Shown: positions 24,701-39,663, numbered from the stretch's first letter. The stretch is DNA of 64,000 nt from Paraspadella gotoi (GCA_051294375.1 CM119268.1:8303008-8367007); one strand, 5' to 3'. The notes: generated by a model from the sequence alone, not told the origin. Numbers and translations: made by a program.

Positions 24701-27280
24701 TCATTCTGGGGTCACGTGCAGGTTTTTTGTCTTTCAATGTCATCAGCGATCAAATCAGCTCCGTCCGTGTCTATGATCAATCGAGACTCTTTCTCTTTCT
24801 TTTTTTGGCCAAAGTTCTGATCCCATTATGAAAAAAGGGTGGGTATCGGTAAGAAGGCTGACGGAAAGAGGTGGCGTGCGAGACGAGTGTCCTGCTGAAA
24901 CCGGCCGTCGTCGCTTCGCAGTTAATCTCGGGATTACGCTAGCGCCGGGCTCGAACGGTGGTGCCGCTCGCGCGGCTCCGTTAAGCTGGCAGGTGGTCCG
25001 AGTTGCAATCCGTCTTTGGCGAACGCTGACCGATATTTCGGCGTCGATTCGCCCGGTCGTTTACCGCGTCGGAAGATGGTGCTGGGTGTGAAAGGAATGG
25101 AATAAAGAGGGGTCGGCTACAGAGACAGCGTAGGCAAGTAGTGGGTAAGGACCGAAGTCGACACATTCTTCAATTTTGCCCGCGCGATGGAACTGTCCCT
25201 GATTCTTCTTTTGTTCAGCAAACTCGGTTTCTGTTTTTCATTTTTTTTTTACCAGATTTCACAAGATGTCCACGCAATTTAAATAACGAGCCAACTTTTA
25301 GGAGTTTTGTCACAAATCTGATATTCCACTTTCCTTGTTACTTAATTCCATTAACCTTCCTCGTAGTCACGTGATTCCTTCTGCCATGAATCGTCGCGAT
25401 AGACGATGATCACAGCCGGCCATTATGTCTGCGAGATTCCGACCGTGAGATTCCGTAAGATGAAATATGGAAACGAGATGGAAACGGCGATTTCGAGTTA
25501 AATGTAATGTAATGTAATGTAAAATTACTTTCTTTGCTTTTAATGTACAGGGAGGTCCAACTCTAAATTCGACTCCATCGAACTAATAAAATCAGATCCA
25601 AAAAAATGGATCGACCTTCCACGTGGCAATATTTGCTTGGAGACATGCTCTGCCTCCCCTCCACATTTAAAAGCTTATGACCAGATTTTAAGACCCTGAC
25701 TAATTGTACGTATGTTGAATCTCGTTTAGTAGCGACTAGTTTGAGAATAAACAGTTTTTCTTAATCAGCCACATTTTTTTTCCCCTTTTTTCTTCTTTCC
25801 ACACATTCAACATTCCACACATTCAACCGACCTCACACTCGTAAAAACCAATCATATTTTCATTCAGTTCCCCTTCCCTTGGGCCACCTAAACGTTTCGG
25901 GCGCACTCGCTATTATCTACCCCACCCACCCCACCCACCCCACCCCTCCCCTTTTCCCACCTCACCCCTCCCCTTTTCCCACGGCTTAGCAACTTCCCTG
26001 GAGCCTTTCAAAAACCTCGGGGCTTTTTTCGTAATCAGATTAGGGGGCTGGAAACTCACTCCTTGCTTTCATTTTCCTTCGTGAAAAACGATGGCCTGAA
26101 TTTAAAATCAGTTATGTACAAAAAAAAATATACATTTTTTTTTTCCAAAGTCTATAAGAATTTTTAAAATGAGAAGCGGCGACGTTGCCAGGGAAGGTGC
26201 GACAGGTGGAGGGCTCGAGCAGATGGAGGTGGGTGCTTAACGGTTTCAAAAATAATGGGAAAATTCCTTCTTTTTTTTTTGTTTCGATTGTAAAAAAAAA
26301 TGATATTTTTTTAGGAAAAATGACTTTAGATTGAAACTCGAATTCTCTCGCTTTAAATTTTGTTATTCACTAAAAAATTTAAACTTTTCTTTCGTACCGC
26401 TATGTGTAAAATATTTTCAAGTTTCAACCGAAAAATTTAAAAACAGAGAACCATACGATGAGCGGATGAAGAAACGAAAAGAATGTGGATTGTGGATTAC
26501 AGATAATGAAAAAGGCCAACATCCTCAATTTGTCTGCATTCTCCCCATTTATTTCTCGTTATATCACACTCGTTTCTCTCCCTCTCCCTCTCTCTCTTCC
26601 TCTCTCTTCCTCTNNNNNNNNNNNNNNNNNNNNNNNNNNNNNNNNNNNNNNNNNNNNNNNNNNNNNNNNNNNNNNNNNNNNNNNNNNNNNNNNNNNNNNN
26701 NNNNNNNNNNNNNNNNNNNNNNNNNNNNNNNNNNNNNNNNNNNNNNNNNNNNNNNNNNNNNNNNNNNNNNNNNNNNNNNNNNNNNNNNNNNNNNNNNNNN
26801 NNNNNNNNNNNNNNNNNNNNNNNNNNNNNNNNNNNNNNNNNNAATCGTTCCTTTGTTTATTGCGATGGATTCATCAATCGCAGCCGCCGCCGCCACCGCC
26901 GCCGCTGCCGACACGCCGCCGACGCGTCAATGATTCACGCCGGATTCATCGTCGCGACTGACGCCATCAACGGCGCCAAATATGTCGCTCTCATCAGAGA
27001 CAATTCTCGCTCCCGCTACAGACGCCGCTCCAGCCGATACGGACGCCGCGTCCAGCTGAGTCCAATTCTACTACACGTATGAGGTTCACTATTTCTGCCG
27101 CTAAAAAAGTTTCATTCTCACAAACCTTTTTCCTAAGGACTGTGTCTTTATTTTCTCCCATATCTTTTTAAAGCTATTTAACCTTTGAAGCCAAAAATGT
27201 TCTTTTCTTGAAAACCTCCGAACCAAAAAACCCTAAACAGATCAATAAATCTTCTGTAGATTTGGCGGTGCTGATGATGT

Positions 27281-27332
<52 letters not shown>

Positions 27333-28789
27333 AATGATGATGATGATGATGATTATCCATTACTTCTTTATCCCCATTCGTGGATATAAGTTTGCGGGGG
27401 TCGGAATGCCAACCAAGGCGGCTAAAGGCCGTCCTTTAGCTTTTCCCAAGGATGCTTCCTGGTTGGGTTTGAAATTAAAAACCCGAGTAAAACCTTGACT
27501 TGACTTGACTTGAAAGGCTACAAGTCTCAAACACTCCGTCCACCGAGTCTAATCAGCAGTCTATGCCGTGGTGGTCGCCACCGTTGCTGCGTTGCATTCG
27601 CTGCCTGCTGCAGATACGACAACAGCGACTCTCGCGGCGAANNNNNNNNNNNNNNNNNNNNNNNNNNNNNNNNNNNNNNNNNNNNNNNNNNNNNNNNNNN
27701 NNNNNNNNNNNNNNNNNNNNNNNNNNNNNNNNNNNNNNNNNNNNNNNNNNNNNNNNNNNNNNNNNNNNNNNNNNNNNNNNNNNNNNNNNNNNNNNNNNNN
27801 NNNNNNNNNNNNNNNNNNNNNNNNNNNNNNNNNNNNNNNNNNNNNNNNNNNNNNNNNNNNNNNNNNNNNNNNNNNNNNNNNNNNNNNNNNNNNNNNNNNN
27901 NNNNNNNNNNNNNNNNNNNNNNNNNNNNNNNNNNNNNNNNNNNNNNNNNNNNNNNNNNNNNNNNNNNNNNNNNNNNNNNNNNNNNNNNNNNNNNNNNNNN
28001 NNNNNNNNNNNNNNNNNNNNNNNNNNNNNNNNNNNNNNNNNNNNNNNNNNNNNNNNNNNNNNNNNNNNNNNNNNNNNNNNNNNNNNNNNNNNNNNNNNNN
28101 NNNNNNNNNNNNNNNNNNNNNNNNNNNNNNNNNNNNNNNNNNNAGATACACTCGTCTTCAGTATCCCGATTTCTAGTCCGAGTTTACAGGTTCCCAGGTG
28201 AGTCAGAGCAATTGACGCAGGCAGTGTGACGTTGATCTCGTTGGCGTAGACCCGGTGAAGCGGTCCGGGTGACTCGGACTCGGCGATGCGAACAAAATGA
28301 CGCGAACCGGAATTTAATCGACGTCAGCGCCAACGACGGCGTTCGAGATAACTAATGTTCTGTACTCTTCTTTCCCTCATCTCTTACTTTTTTTTTTATT
28401 CCCTCAAGAAGTTCCTTTTTTTCCTTTAATTTTTTTCATTGTTATTCGTCACTTTTTGTTAGTTTCTCTCCCTTTTTTATCTGATTTTCTTATCTTTTTT
28501 TTTTGCTATTTCCTATTTTCAGCTTTTCTCTGATTTCCTTTCTTTTTTTTTCCATTTTATCCCCGTTTTTCCCAGACCCGACGCATTTCCAAATATATTT
28601 TTTTTCTCTTTCTATCGATTTTTTTAAATTCGGTATTCTTTTCCCCCAAGCTCAGCTGTCTGTACAACTTTTAAGTTTACAATATATCTATCAGCACTAT
28701 CTCATCTTGACTTATATTTACTTATTGTGTAGATATATGATATATATCTCTGACTGATCTTTACACTTTACTCTTTAAGTCTATTCCTC

Positions 28790-29500
28790 TTCTTTTCTTC
28801 TCTCAAAGTCTTCTCTTACCTTCTTTCTTCTTCTTTCTTCTCTCAAAGTCTTCTCTTACCTTCTTTCTTCTTCTTTATTCTTTCAAAGTTTTCTCTTATA
28901 TTCTTTCTTCTTCTTTCTTCTCTCAAAGTCTTCTCTTACCTTCTTTCTTTTTCTTTCTTCTCTCAAAGTCTTCTCTTATCTTCTTTCTTCTTCTTTCTTC
29001 TCTCAAAGTCTTCTCTTACCTTCTTTCTTCTTCTTTATTCTTTCAAAGTCTTCTCTTATCTTCTTTCTTCTTCTTTCTTCTCTCAAATTCTTCTCTTACC
29101 TTCTTTCACTTCTTTCTTCTCTCAAAGTCTTCGCTTACCTTCTTTCTTCTTCTTTCTTCTCTCAAATTCTTCTCTTACNNNNNNNNNNNNNNNNNNNNNN
29201 NNNNNNNNNNNNNNNNNNNNNNNNNNNNNNNNNNNNNNNNNNNNNNNNNNNNNNNNNNNNNNNNNNNNNNNNNNNNNNNNNNNNNNNNNNNNNNNNNNNN
29301 NNNNNNNNNNNNNNNNNNNNNNNNNNNNNNNNNNNNNNNNNNNNNNNNNNNNNNNNNNNNNNNNNNNNNNNNNNNNNNNNNNNNNNNNNNNNNNNNNNNN
29401 NNNNNNNNNNNNNNNNNNNNNNNNNNNNCTTCCCTTATCTTCTTTCTTCACTCAAAGTCTTCTCTTCCCTTCTTTCTTCTCTCAAAGTCTTCTCTTACCA
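28790..29500. repeat. 40-bp pyrimidine-rich minisatellite spanning a gap
   Basis: Unit TCTCAAAGTCTTCTCTTACCTTCTTTCTTCTTCTTTCTTC with period 40. It continues after the N-run. Confidence 0.9.
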
Positions 29501-31105
29501 TCTTCTTTTCTCCCTTTCCCCTCTCTCTCTCCTTTTTTCCTCCCGTTCTCCTCCCGCCCCCGGCCTCACAGTTCTTTCCTTCTTCCATTTTTCTTCCCGA
29601 TAAATTTTTGAGTCGCTCTCCTCGTCTGACGAATGTTGTTGTAGGTAATGCGGTTTCCATTCTCTGGCGGAGAGGGCGTGGTCGTCGTCGTCGTCGTCGT
29701 CGTCGTCGTAGCCTCGTCAAGGATCGTCGAATTCCCAGAGACTTCGTAGTCAAAACACAGGGGTCAATCTTGGGAGAAAGAGAAAAGAGAAGAAAAAACT
29801 AGAAAAAAGATAAGAGAAGACGAGATAGGCAAGACGAGACGGAAAAGAAAAAAGAAAAGAAAAGAAAAGAANNNNNNNNNNNNNNNNNNNNNNNNNNNNN
29901 NNNNNNNNNNNNNNNNNNNNNNNNNNNNNNNNNNNNNNNNNNNNNNNNNNNNNNNNNNNNNNNNNNNNNNNNNNNNNNNNNNNNNNNNNNNNNNNNNNNN
30001 NNNNNNNNNNNNNNNNNNNNNNNNNNNNNNNNNNNNNNNNNNNNNNNNNNNNNNNNNNNNNNNNNNNCGGACACAAACGATTGAGATGAAAAAAAGAAGC
30101 GAATAAAAAAAGGATAATTTTTTTTCTACAAAAAAATAAAAAAAAGAATTCTAAAATCACCTAAAAAATCGCCGATGCGAAAAATGGTGATAAAAAACGA
30201 CGAGCAGTCGTTGCCTCTTTCCTTTCAAGATTTTTCCAACCGATTTGAGGAGAAACTGCAAACAACGATAACAACCAGAAAGAAAGTTTTTTAAACAGAA
30301 AAACCGAGAAACAAAGATTACGCGGAAACAGATTTTGCGCGGGCAAAGAACCGGAAGCTTCAATGAGGCTAAAGCGAAGCTTCTTGCCTTTCTGGGTGAG
30401 AAAAAAAAATGGCAACCAAAAAAATATGGACTGGTCAGCCGAGAAACTTATTTGTACTAATTTTTGAGTTCGTAAATGCATACGACTAAGTTTTATTATA
30501 TCGGTCATTGATTTATCATAGAAATAAAAAAAAGATAGAAAATTAGAAACCACTTTTTTATTTCTATCCATACTTTTTTGTGTGTGTGGGAATGTCTGTG
30601 TGTTAGCGTGAGAGGTTCTTTCTTCCGCCGACGGCAGAAAAAAGGCAAGAAGGTCCCCGACGACCCTCGAGGTGACCTGACGTCGGCCAATCCGAGTGGG
30701 TCTTCTCTCCTTGACCTGTCATTAACTAAATCAGGTCAGTTTGCCCTCACTAACCTTTCAACCACTTTCAAGGGTCAATGGCATGCCCCCTTTTTTTTTA
30801 TAAATAGTATTAGTCTCGTAAAACCACTAAAGGAATTGAGGAAAATAAATAAAACTCGCTTTTTTTTTTAATTTCGACTATAATTTTAATGTCCTTTTCA
30901 AGTCTTTCCCCATTTTCTCAACGCGATGCAATTCGTTGCAGGTGGTTGAGCAAAGATTTCAGTTTCCGCTGCCAACAATTTTTTTTTCTTTCTCTCGATT
31001 CTCACGCTTCTCCATTTTTGAGGATCAACTCGATAAAGTGAAGCCTCGTGAGCCTTTCACCTCGGAGCATCGAGGACGACGACGACGAAGACGACAATGA
31101 AAACT

Positions 31106-31151
<46 letters not shown>

Positions 31152-31271
31152 AGACGACGTCGAAGATAGGAACGAGGGCGTGTGGGAAGAAGATCAAGAT
31201 AATGATGACGCTGCTTTTGACGCCATTAAAAAATGACAACTATGACGACAATGCGATGTTAAGTGGAACGA

Positions 31272-31349
31272 AGACGAACGAACGAACGAACGAACGAACG
31301 AACGAACGAACGAACGAACGAACGAACGAACGAACGAACGAACGAACGA
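31272..31349. repeat. (GAAC)n microsatellite
   Basis: Pure tetranucleotide run. Confidence 0.95.
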
Positions 31350-32881
31350 AAGAAATATAACGACAACAACATCATCGACTACAACAACAACGACGACGTC
31401 GAAGACACCTTGGGATTTTATCCCCCGAAAAAATCCTCTCCGTTTTGCTAAAGAGGAAGAAGTTGGACTCGGAGATGAATCTTTTACCCGTCCTCGTTTA
31501 TGGTGCNNNNNNNNNNNNNNNNNNNNNNNNNNNNNNNNNNNNNNNNNNNNNNNNNNNNNNNNNNNNNNNNNNNNNNNNNNNNNNNNNNNNNNNNNNNNNN
31601 NNNNNNNNNNNNNNNNNNNNNNNNNNNNNNNNNNNNNNNNNNNNNNNNNNNNNNNNNNNNNNNNNNNNNNNNNNNNNNNNNNNNNNNNNNNNNNNNNNNN
31701 NNNNNNNNNNNNNNNNNNNNNNNNNNNNNNNNNNNNNNNNNNNNNNNNNNNNNNNNNNNNNNNAAAACGTGGGGTCAAATAAATCATTCAACGCGTCCGA
31801 CTTCGACCGAAGCGATTTTTATTAGTACAACATTCTGGTATAGCTATAGGAAATGACAAAAAGTTGTAAACCTTTTTTTTTTTTTTTTNNNNNNNNNNNN
31901 NNNNNNNNNNNNNNNNNNNNNNNNNNNNNNNNNNNNNNNNNNNNNNNNNNNNNNNNNNNNNNNNNNNNNNNNNNNNNNNNNNNNNNNNNNNNNNNNNNNN
32001 NNNNNNNTAAAAGGGGAAATGATAAAAGGGGAAATGATAAAAGGGGAGAATGAGGAAAGCCACCGAAAGTTTAATTGTGGATTGGAAAAAAAAGAAGAGA
32101 GGAGAGAAAGAAAATATCCAAGGATAAAAAAAGAAAATCGAATAAAAAAATAGGAAAGAATAAAGAAAATGTGAGTTAGAAAAGAAGAAAAAAAAAGGAA
32201 GAGAATAAAAGAAAATGGAAAAAGGGAAACCAATCGGTCAGAGGTGAGGATCAAATAAGAGGAAAAAAAAGAGAAGAGAAAAGGAAAAAGAAATTCTTGG
32301 AAACAAAAGGGAAAGACTTCGGACGAGGGGTAATAAATTGATGATCAAGGTAAAATGAGAAAGAGAGAGAAGGAGGGAAGGAGAGGGAGAGAGAGAGAGA
32401 GAGAGACAGAGATATGACAAGGTCAGAAATGTCTGGTGACGAAAGAAACTTAAATATTTTTTTCCGATGAATCTGACTTTCTTCTTTGCGGGTTCCACCT
32501 AATAACTTCTATTTCAGCTCGTCACTCTGTAAAAAAATCAATAAATAAAAAAATAAACCGTTTATATGACGAAAAAGAAAAAAAGAAAAAGTGTGCAAAC
32601 TTTAAAATGGATGAGGCATTAACTAACAAAGATAATTAATTATACAAATTAATATAATATACATACGTATACAGTATACATAAAACAAATTCTCACTTGG
32701 CAAACAAAATTGCCATATCAAGTCGTTCTGCTCGCTACTAAAAAAATATGAGAACATCGAGAAAAAAAATTTTAGTTTTTACGTCACAAAAAATGCGGAT
32801 TGATTTGACGTAGGGAGTATCGATTTTCCGAAGGAGAAAAGAAAGGGAGGTAAAGAAAAGAGGGAGGCAAGAGAGAGAGAT

Positions 32882-32975
<94 letters not shown>

Positions 32976-34686
32976 AACACATAAGCAGAAGAGAAGACAC
33001 TGAACACTGAACAATGAACAGAAAGACTGACAGCAAACAGAAAATCAGAAGACACACAAATAGACAGAAGACAGAAAAACAGATAGAAAGATAGACAGGG
33101 AGACAAACTGATAAATAGGGCTAAAGACAGCATAGAGACCGACAAACTGATTCACCGAGAGACAGACAGACAGACGCACAGACATAGAGACAAACAGACA
33201 AACAAAGATAGGGACTCAGTTTGATTGAAAGTCAGTGACAACGAGACAGGTCCCCTTCTGCGTTTCTGATGGAGAACGCAATAGAAATTTCCGCTCATGA
33301 CATTTTTTTTACAAGAAAGGTCTTCTTGACAGTTGACGTCATCACAAGAGTTGACGCCTGGTTTGAAGTTGACGACAACGATGACGGCGACGACGACGCA
33401 GATGACGATCGGTTGACGATGAATGGATGAATCAACAGTATTTCAAAGATGGCGGGGATCGTAAAGCAATGTTACGAGTTGAATTTTGAAAACATTACGG
33501 CGTGATGGCGCTACTTCGCCATTGCAAATCGCCAATCAGCATAAGATTAAAGCTCGGCTTTTATCACATGACGTCCATTAATCGAATGGGATTATCGTGG
33601 CGAAAAAAACAAACAAAAAGGCCGCCAAAAAAGATTATGATAATGAGGGACGTCATCCCTTTGATTAACATTTGACGTCATTCTCGTTTTTATCCGATTT
33701 TTTTTTTTGCGTAAATCTTTTTTTCTAAAAAAAAGAAAGAAAATTTTTGCGTTGGCGAAAAGGAGTCGTCGTTCGAATTTAGGGGCGACATACGAAACTG
33801 GAAACAAGAAAGAAGAAAAGGAGAAACAAGAAAGAGGAAAGAAGAAACAAGGAACAAGAAACAAGAAACAAGAAAAGAACAAAAAACACGAAACAAGAAA
33901 CAAGAAAAGGAGAAACAATAAACAAGAAAAGGAGAAACAAGAAAGAAGAAACAAGAAAAGAAGAAACAAGAAACGTGAAAATGAGAAACTAGAAAAGAAG
34001 AAACTAGAAACTAGAAAATGAGAAACAAGAAATAGAGACGCGATAAAAAGTAAAGCGTCTTGTACCTAGAGAAAGTCAGGCTACCTTCAAAATAAACATT
34101 TAAAAAAATTATTGTTGAAAAAAAATATTATTGAAAGGTACTTTTTGACATAAGAAGTGGTTAATAATAATAATAATAATAACGAAGCGCAATTAATGAA
34201 TTGAGTTTTTTTTTTATTAAAAGTTTTATCTTTCATTTTTATTTTTAAATTCTAAGTCGATTTTCAATTGAGAATGGCGACTCGACCTATCGCACACATC
34301 TTTCGATCTTTAAAACCGATCGATTCAACAGTTGCGAGCCATATTATCTTCGGTTGCTCAGGTGGACTTATCGTGTTACGCTTTTCGTGATACGTCTCTT
34401 CGTTCTTCAACATCCTTGTTTGTTTTTCTCCACTTTTTCTCGTCCTTAGATTTATTACCGGATCAATTATGGAAGGTTTATCGCGTATAAAATGAAGATT
34501 ATTCATTTATTCGGCGATTCATGTTTGAATAATTTATTCATTCCTTTGTTTAATCATAATTCTGTTTAAGTTCAAAATATGCGTTCATCAATACCGAGTC
34601 CAATGCAAAGGCGAGGATGGAAAATGCTAAAATTAAGTAAAAACTCGGTATTTATCCTTTCGGCGACTTCCATTTCCGCCTAAAAG

Positions 34687-34797
<111 letters not shown>

Positions 34798-35925
34798 CTC
34801 GTTAATTTAATTGCAAATTATCGGCGAAATACTTTTCTCGAAAGTCCCGGCGCCTTGGGGGCGGCGAAGGCGGCGTCTCGGCACCGCAGCTGCGCTGGAT
34901 AGGCTTAATTCCGCGCCGTCAGATGGGGGGAGCGGTAGGGGGGGGGCAAGGAAGGCGACTGCCGGTTTTAATTAGAGAAAGGTTGAAGGAAATTTATTTT
35001 CGTTCTGATTGTGAATCGTGAAAGGAGATTTAAGTGGGTCGCTGATGCTGAACCTTTTTTTTGGTTTCCGGTGTCGCGATTTCTTTTTATTTATTTTTGT
35101 AAAAAGTTTTCATAAAAAAAATAAAAAATATATAAAACTTGGAAACGAAAATTGTCCTCGATCGATGTAATAAAAACTTATTCTCGAGCTGTGAATACGA
35201 ACTCAGTAACTGAGAACCAAAAAATAAACTCCCCGTACATGTGGAAGATCTTTAGTCACCATTTTAGAATCCTCTTCCTCCTCCTCCTCCTCCTCCACCA
35301 CCCAAACATCTCTCCCCCCCCCAAACACTTTTCCCGCCATAAAAATCTCCATTCCATCATTAATTCTCCACTCTGATCCGATTCCTTCTAATTTCACTTA
35401 ATTTCCCTTTCGTTTCATTCCTCTCCTTCGTTGCCTCCACGCCCACCGACGCTCAACGACGCGCCCATAAAATCTTCTCGATTTCGACGCCGTAAAACAG
35501 AGAGTCTTCCACTTCGTGCGCCGGTAGAGGACGGGGTGGTGGGACTCGAATGAAACTTTGATGTCGGGGGTCATCGTTGAAAGCTTCGTAGTCGTACTGT
35601 ACGTATTAGTAATCGTGGACGTCCTCGTCTCTCACTTTACGTTGATTAATTTTGTCATTAGGTTCCGGCGGTTTTTCTGCTAAGTTACTAATCGTTCTAG
35701 TTCAACCATAGACAAAAGGGACGAAATAGAAAAAAGAAAAAATAACTTTCGTCCGGAACAGCATTATTTTAAGAGGAAAAAAAAAAAAAAGAGCAACGAG
35801 TTGCGCACAAAAATGACTTAAAATGGATAATTAAAACTATTCCAAAATTCTAATTTGCTAAAAGAAGAGAGAGAGACGAGAGAGGAGAGGAGAGGAGAGA
35901 GAGAGAGAGAGAGAGAGGAGAGGAG

Positions 35926-35984
<59 letters not shown>

Positions 35985-36710
35985 AGAGAGAGAAAACGAA
36001 TTTTTTTCCGCTCTCGTTCGCTACACTTTCAAAGCGCCTTACCTAATTAACCCGGGCGCCTGGGAACGCCGGAAGCCGTTGCCGAGAGACGCGGCCGTTG
36101 CCGAGATGTGCGACGCCGAGAAACGACGCCGATGAGGTCCCAAGGACGCCGATCGGAATGTGGAAGGGTGATGAGATTAAGGGGATGACGATTTCGTCTC
36201 CTCGAGTTTGAAACGAGTGAAGTTGGAGTCGGGAAAAGTGAGACGAGATTGAAAAATGACGCGGGAATTTCAAAGTTGTTGTTTCTCTTGTTTTGTTTGT
36301 TTTTTTTTGTGTGTGTTTTTTTTATATTGTTGCGTTTTGAAGTAAAGATTGTTAAAAATGAGAATATTTAAAAGTTTAATCACCCTTTAATTACCAGACG
36401 AAAATTTTATCCTTTGTAGTTATTTGTTAATATTTGTGAGTGTATATATCAATTAATTATCCATTTTGAGTCTATGTCGTTGTCGTGGCTTCGTTTGTTG
36501 ATTCTCCGCCGCGATCTGTTTATCCTTGCTTTTTCGCCATTCTAAAAATAAACAAAGATCGACGCCGATGACGACGACGGCGACGACGACGGCGATGTTG
36601 CGAAAAGCTTAATTAGCTGAGAGGAGAGAGAAAAAAGGAGTTTTTAATCATTATTTAAAGGAGAGAAAGTGGGATTAATGGATGTATAAAAGAGCAGAGA
36701 GAGGATAGAA

Positions 36711-36848
<138 letters not shown>

Positions 36849-37794
36849 TCGCCCATAAAAATAGTAGTTAAGTGAGTAAGGAGAGTAACCCAAACAAAAT
36901 AAACAGGGTTTTTTAATTTCTTTAATATTCCCCTAATTAGCAGAACAGCCTTTCGAGGCGCGTTCGATCTTTCAGAACTTTTGCATCGCCTAATTTGAAT
37001 ACAACCAACTTACCAACTCACTTACTGACTCACGTCACCAACTTATTTCAAATTTGTGACAAGAATGAGAAACTACTACAAAATCTCAAAACGAACTTGT
37101 TTCTTTTCTCGTTCATTTGTCGAATGTGTAAGATTTAGTTATTCGAATTAGTTATTAGTTTATGAAAGGTTAAACTTAAACTTAAAGGTTACATGTCGTA
37201 GGTCGTTCGAATAATGGTAATGAGAGCTCTGCGGTAATAGGAGATTGCGCGAAGTTGAGTGATTTGATTTAAACGACATCTGTCGATTTGATGAGACTGT
37301 TGACGAGACACTTGGGGAAACCAAATGGAGATGCCTCATAAGTGACGTTGAATGCGAACTGCGGGAGAAAGAAGGATTTTTGGAAAATAGAAAAGAAAAG
37401 AAAAAGAAAGAGGAGGAAAAAAAAGAAAGGAGTGAAGAACAGCAATAAAGTAGATAATGATAGAAATGGTAAGAAGTGGTCGAGGAAGAAAGACTTAAAA
37501 CAGATAAAAAGAAAGGAAAGTTGAGAAAATGAAGAAGAAAAGAAGAAGAAAAAGAGGGGAAAGGAAGAAAAGAAAATAATCGAAGAAATAAAAAAAACGA
37601 GAAACAATGAGAAAAGAAAAAACAATTGGAGAAAAATAGATTTTATTATGAGGGTGGAGTAGAAGAAGAAACGCTTTCTTACTAAAATTATTTAAAAAAT
37701 TAGTAAAAAAAATAATAAAAAATTAATAACGGTGACTTCAATGTGTTGCGCCGGAGTGACTTTATTTTCACATGATATGACATGACATGACATG

Positions 37795-38072
37795 TATTCG
37801 GGCATTGCCGAGGTTCACCCCGCTTAGAAGAATGACAGTTGTGACCCGGTGGCTCATTGAGTAAAGCCATCAACTCATGACCACTATGTACCGGGTTCAA
37901 TCCCAACCCGGTACCTACCCTGCGGGAAGCGTAAGGCCGGCCGTTATCCGCCTTAAGGGCATGGCAAACCCTCAAGCCTGGTTCCAAGCCCAGGGACCCA
38001 TTCCAAGGCTGTTAGAGGAGGTTGTAGAAGTTAGGGACAGTCATCTTCAGCCCACGTACCGCCTTATCTACA
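37795..38072 (+). mobile_element. tRNA-derived SINE-like insertion in a (CATGA)n tract
   Basis: A box TGGCTCATTGAG (37850-37861) and B box GGTTCAATCCC (37894-37904). The GC-richer island is flanked by GACATGACATGA on both sides. Confidence 0.55.
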
Positions 38073-38214
38073 GACATGACATGATTAAAAAAGTTTTAAG
38101 CCGTCTTTTTAAAGATTTCCTGAAGGCGGCACTTGCAGTCCCTAAGATATGAGGTTTTTTCTGTCTTAACAAATGAGCAACTAACTATAGGCCAATTATA
38201 TGCATTTTTAAAGT

Positions 38215-38305
38215 AAGTGGGACTGACCGACGGACAGACATACCGACCGACAGACCGACCCACATACCGACCGAAAAGTGACTTATAGAGTTGCGCAACT
38301 AAAAA
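38215..38305 (+). mobile_element. 3' end of a related HINE-like element
   Basis: (GACC/GACA)n followed by AAAAGTGACTTATAG, the palindrome AGTTGCGCAACT and AAAAA. Same layout as 2785-2863. Confidence 0.5.
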
Positions 38306-39663
38306 GCACGAAAACATGAAACAAAGAAAATTAAGACTAAGTGAGATTCTCAACGGAAGAAAATGGAGAGAAAAGAGGGAAGGAAGAAAAAGGATAGAAA
38401 GATAGAAAGAAAGAAAGTAAGGATAGAAGAGGAAAGAAAATAAAAGCAAAAAATAAATAAATAGGACAAACCCAAAGAAAAACTCTGAAAAGGAGGTGTT
38501 TCCGTCTGGGGAAAAATGAAAAGGAGGGAAGAAGAGAATAACAGAAGGAAAAATACGGAAATAGAAATGAAACGATAGAAATAAAGCTAAAGGAAGGTAG
38601 AAAAAATGAAGCTAATGGAAAAAATACGTTTACAACAAGAAAAGGATTTAAAATTGTTATGTTAAATATAAAAAACTTATTTGAGGTCGTTCGTATTTAT
38701 GTTTGACTCTTTTTTTTTTAACATTTCGGTTATTCAGTTTTGCCTTAAAGTTCAACTAATGTTTCGTCTTATTCAGCACTTTGTTCTTTTGTTTTCAGAT
38801 AATCCGAGTGCCGCCATTTAAATCGGAATTAATTCTTTTTCCAATTATTTATAAAAGCTTTTTTTCTCTTTTTCGCCCACGCGTTTAAAACGAAGTCACT
38901 CTCCCTACTCGTCGCTCAATCCCACCGATTCTGTCAACCACACCTCCTCACTTGCTTTTCCTCTGCTACCTTACCCATTTTTCGTCCCTCACTTCTTGCG
39001 CGCATTCAATAACTCACCCTCTCTGCTTCTCAATTTTCGCTTCAAAAATTTCAGGAAAACTCGGGGTAAGACGACGACGAAGACGACGACAAAGACGACG
39101 AATACAACGACCACGAATATCCATTATCCAATTGTGCGACGAATCTGAAAGTGACGTCAACAATTTTAACGACAATAGAAGTAAATAGGAAAATGCTATG
39201 TGCTAAAAAAGAAGGATTAGGTACTAAAAGAGAATTACACGAGGATTTTATATTATAAGAGTATTATATGAGTATTATAGAGTATAAGATGATAAAAATT
39301 CATACTTAAATAAAGTTTTCAATCAAATGAAAAAAGAAGAAGTGAACGAAGAAATGTTTGATATGGAGAAAGTTTGGGAAGAATCGAAAAATTAAAAAAA
39401 AAATGAATCATCAACTTTGGTACAGAATCACATTAAGCTTGTTTGGATATATTTTCAATAGGTAATGCTCACTATATTCTTTAACTAACTTATTTAATAT
39501 TCCGATTAAGTGTACCATTATCAGATGATAACGCAATAAAATTTAAAAATAATGCAAAGAATGAAAAAGGAATAAATTAAACTGATGTCACTTTTATTCC
39601 ATCGCATCTTCTGCGCCGTTAAGCATGTTTGTCTCTTCGCCGCTAGGACTTCTCTCTTTTTCT

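Noticed and set aside
26985-27000. Hammerhead ribozyme core (CTGATGA on the minus strand)
   Set aside because: No appropriately placed GAAA or flanking stems. The other CTGANGA hits I noticed also showed no convincing fold.
28219-28240. AGGCAGTGTG matches the start of miR-34
   Set aside because: The match ends after 10 nt and no precursor hairpin is evident.
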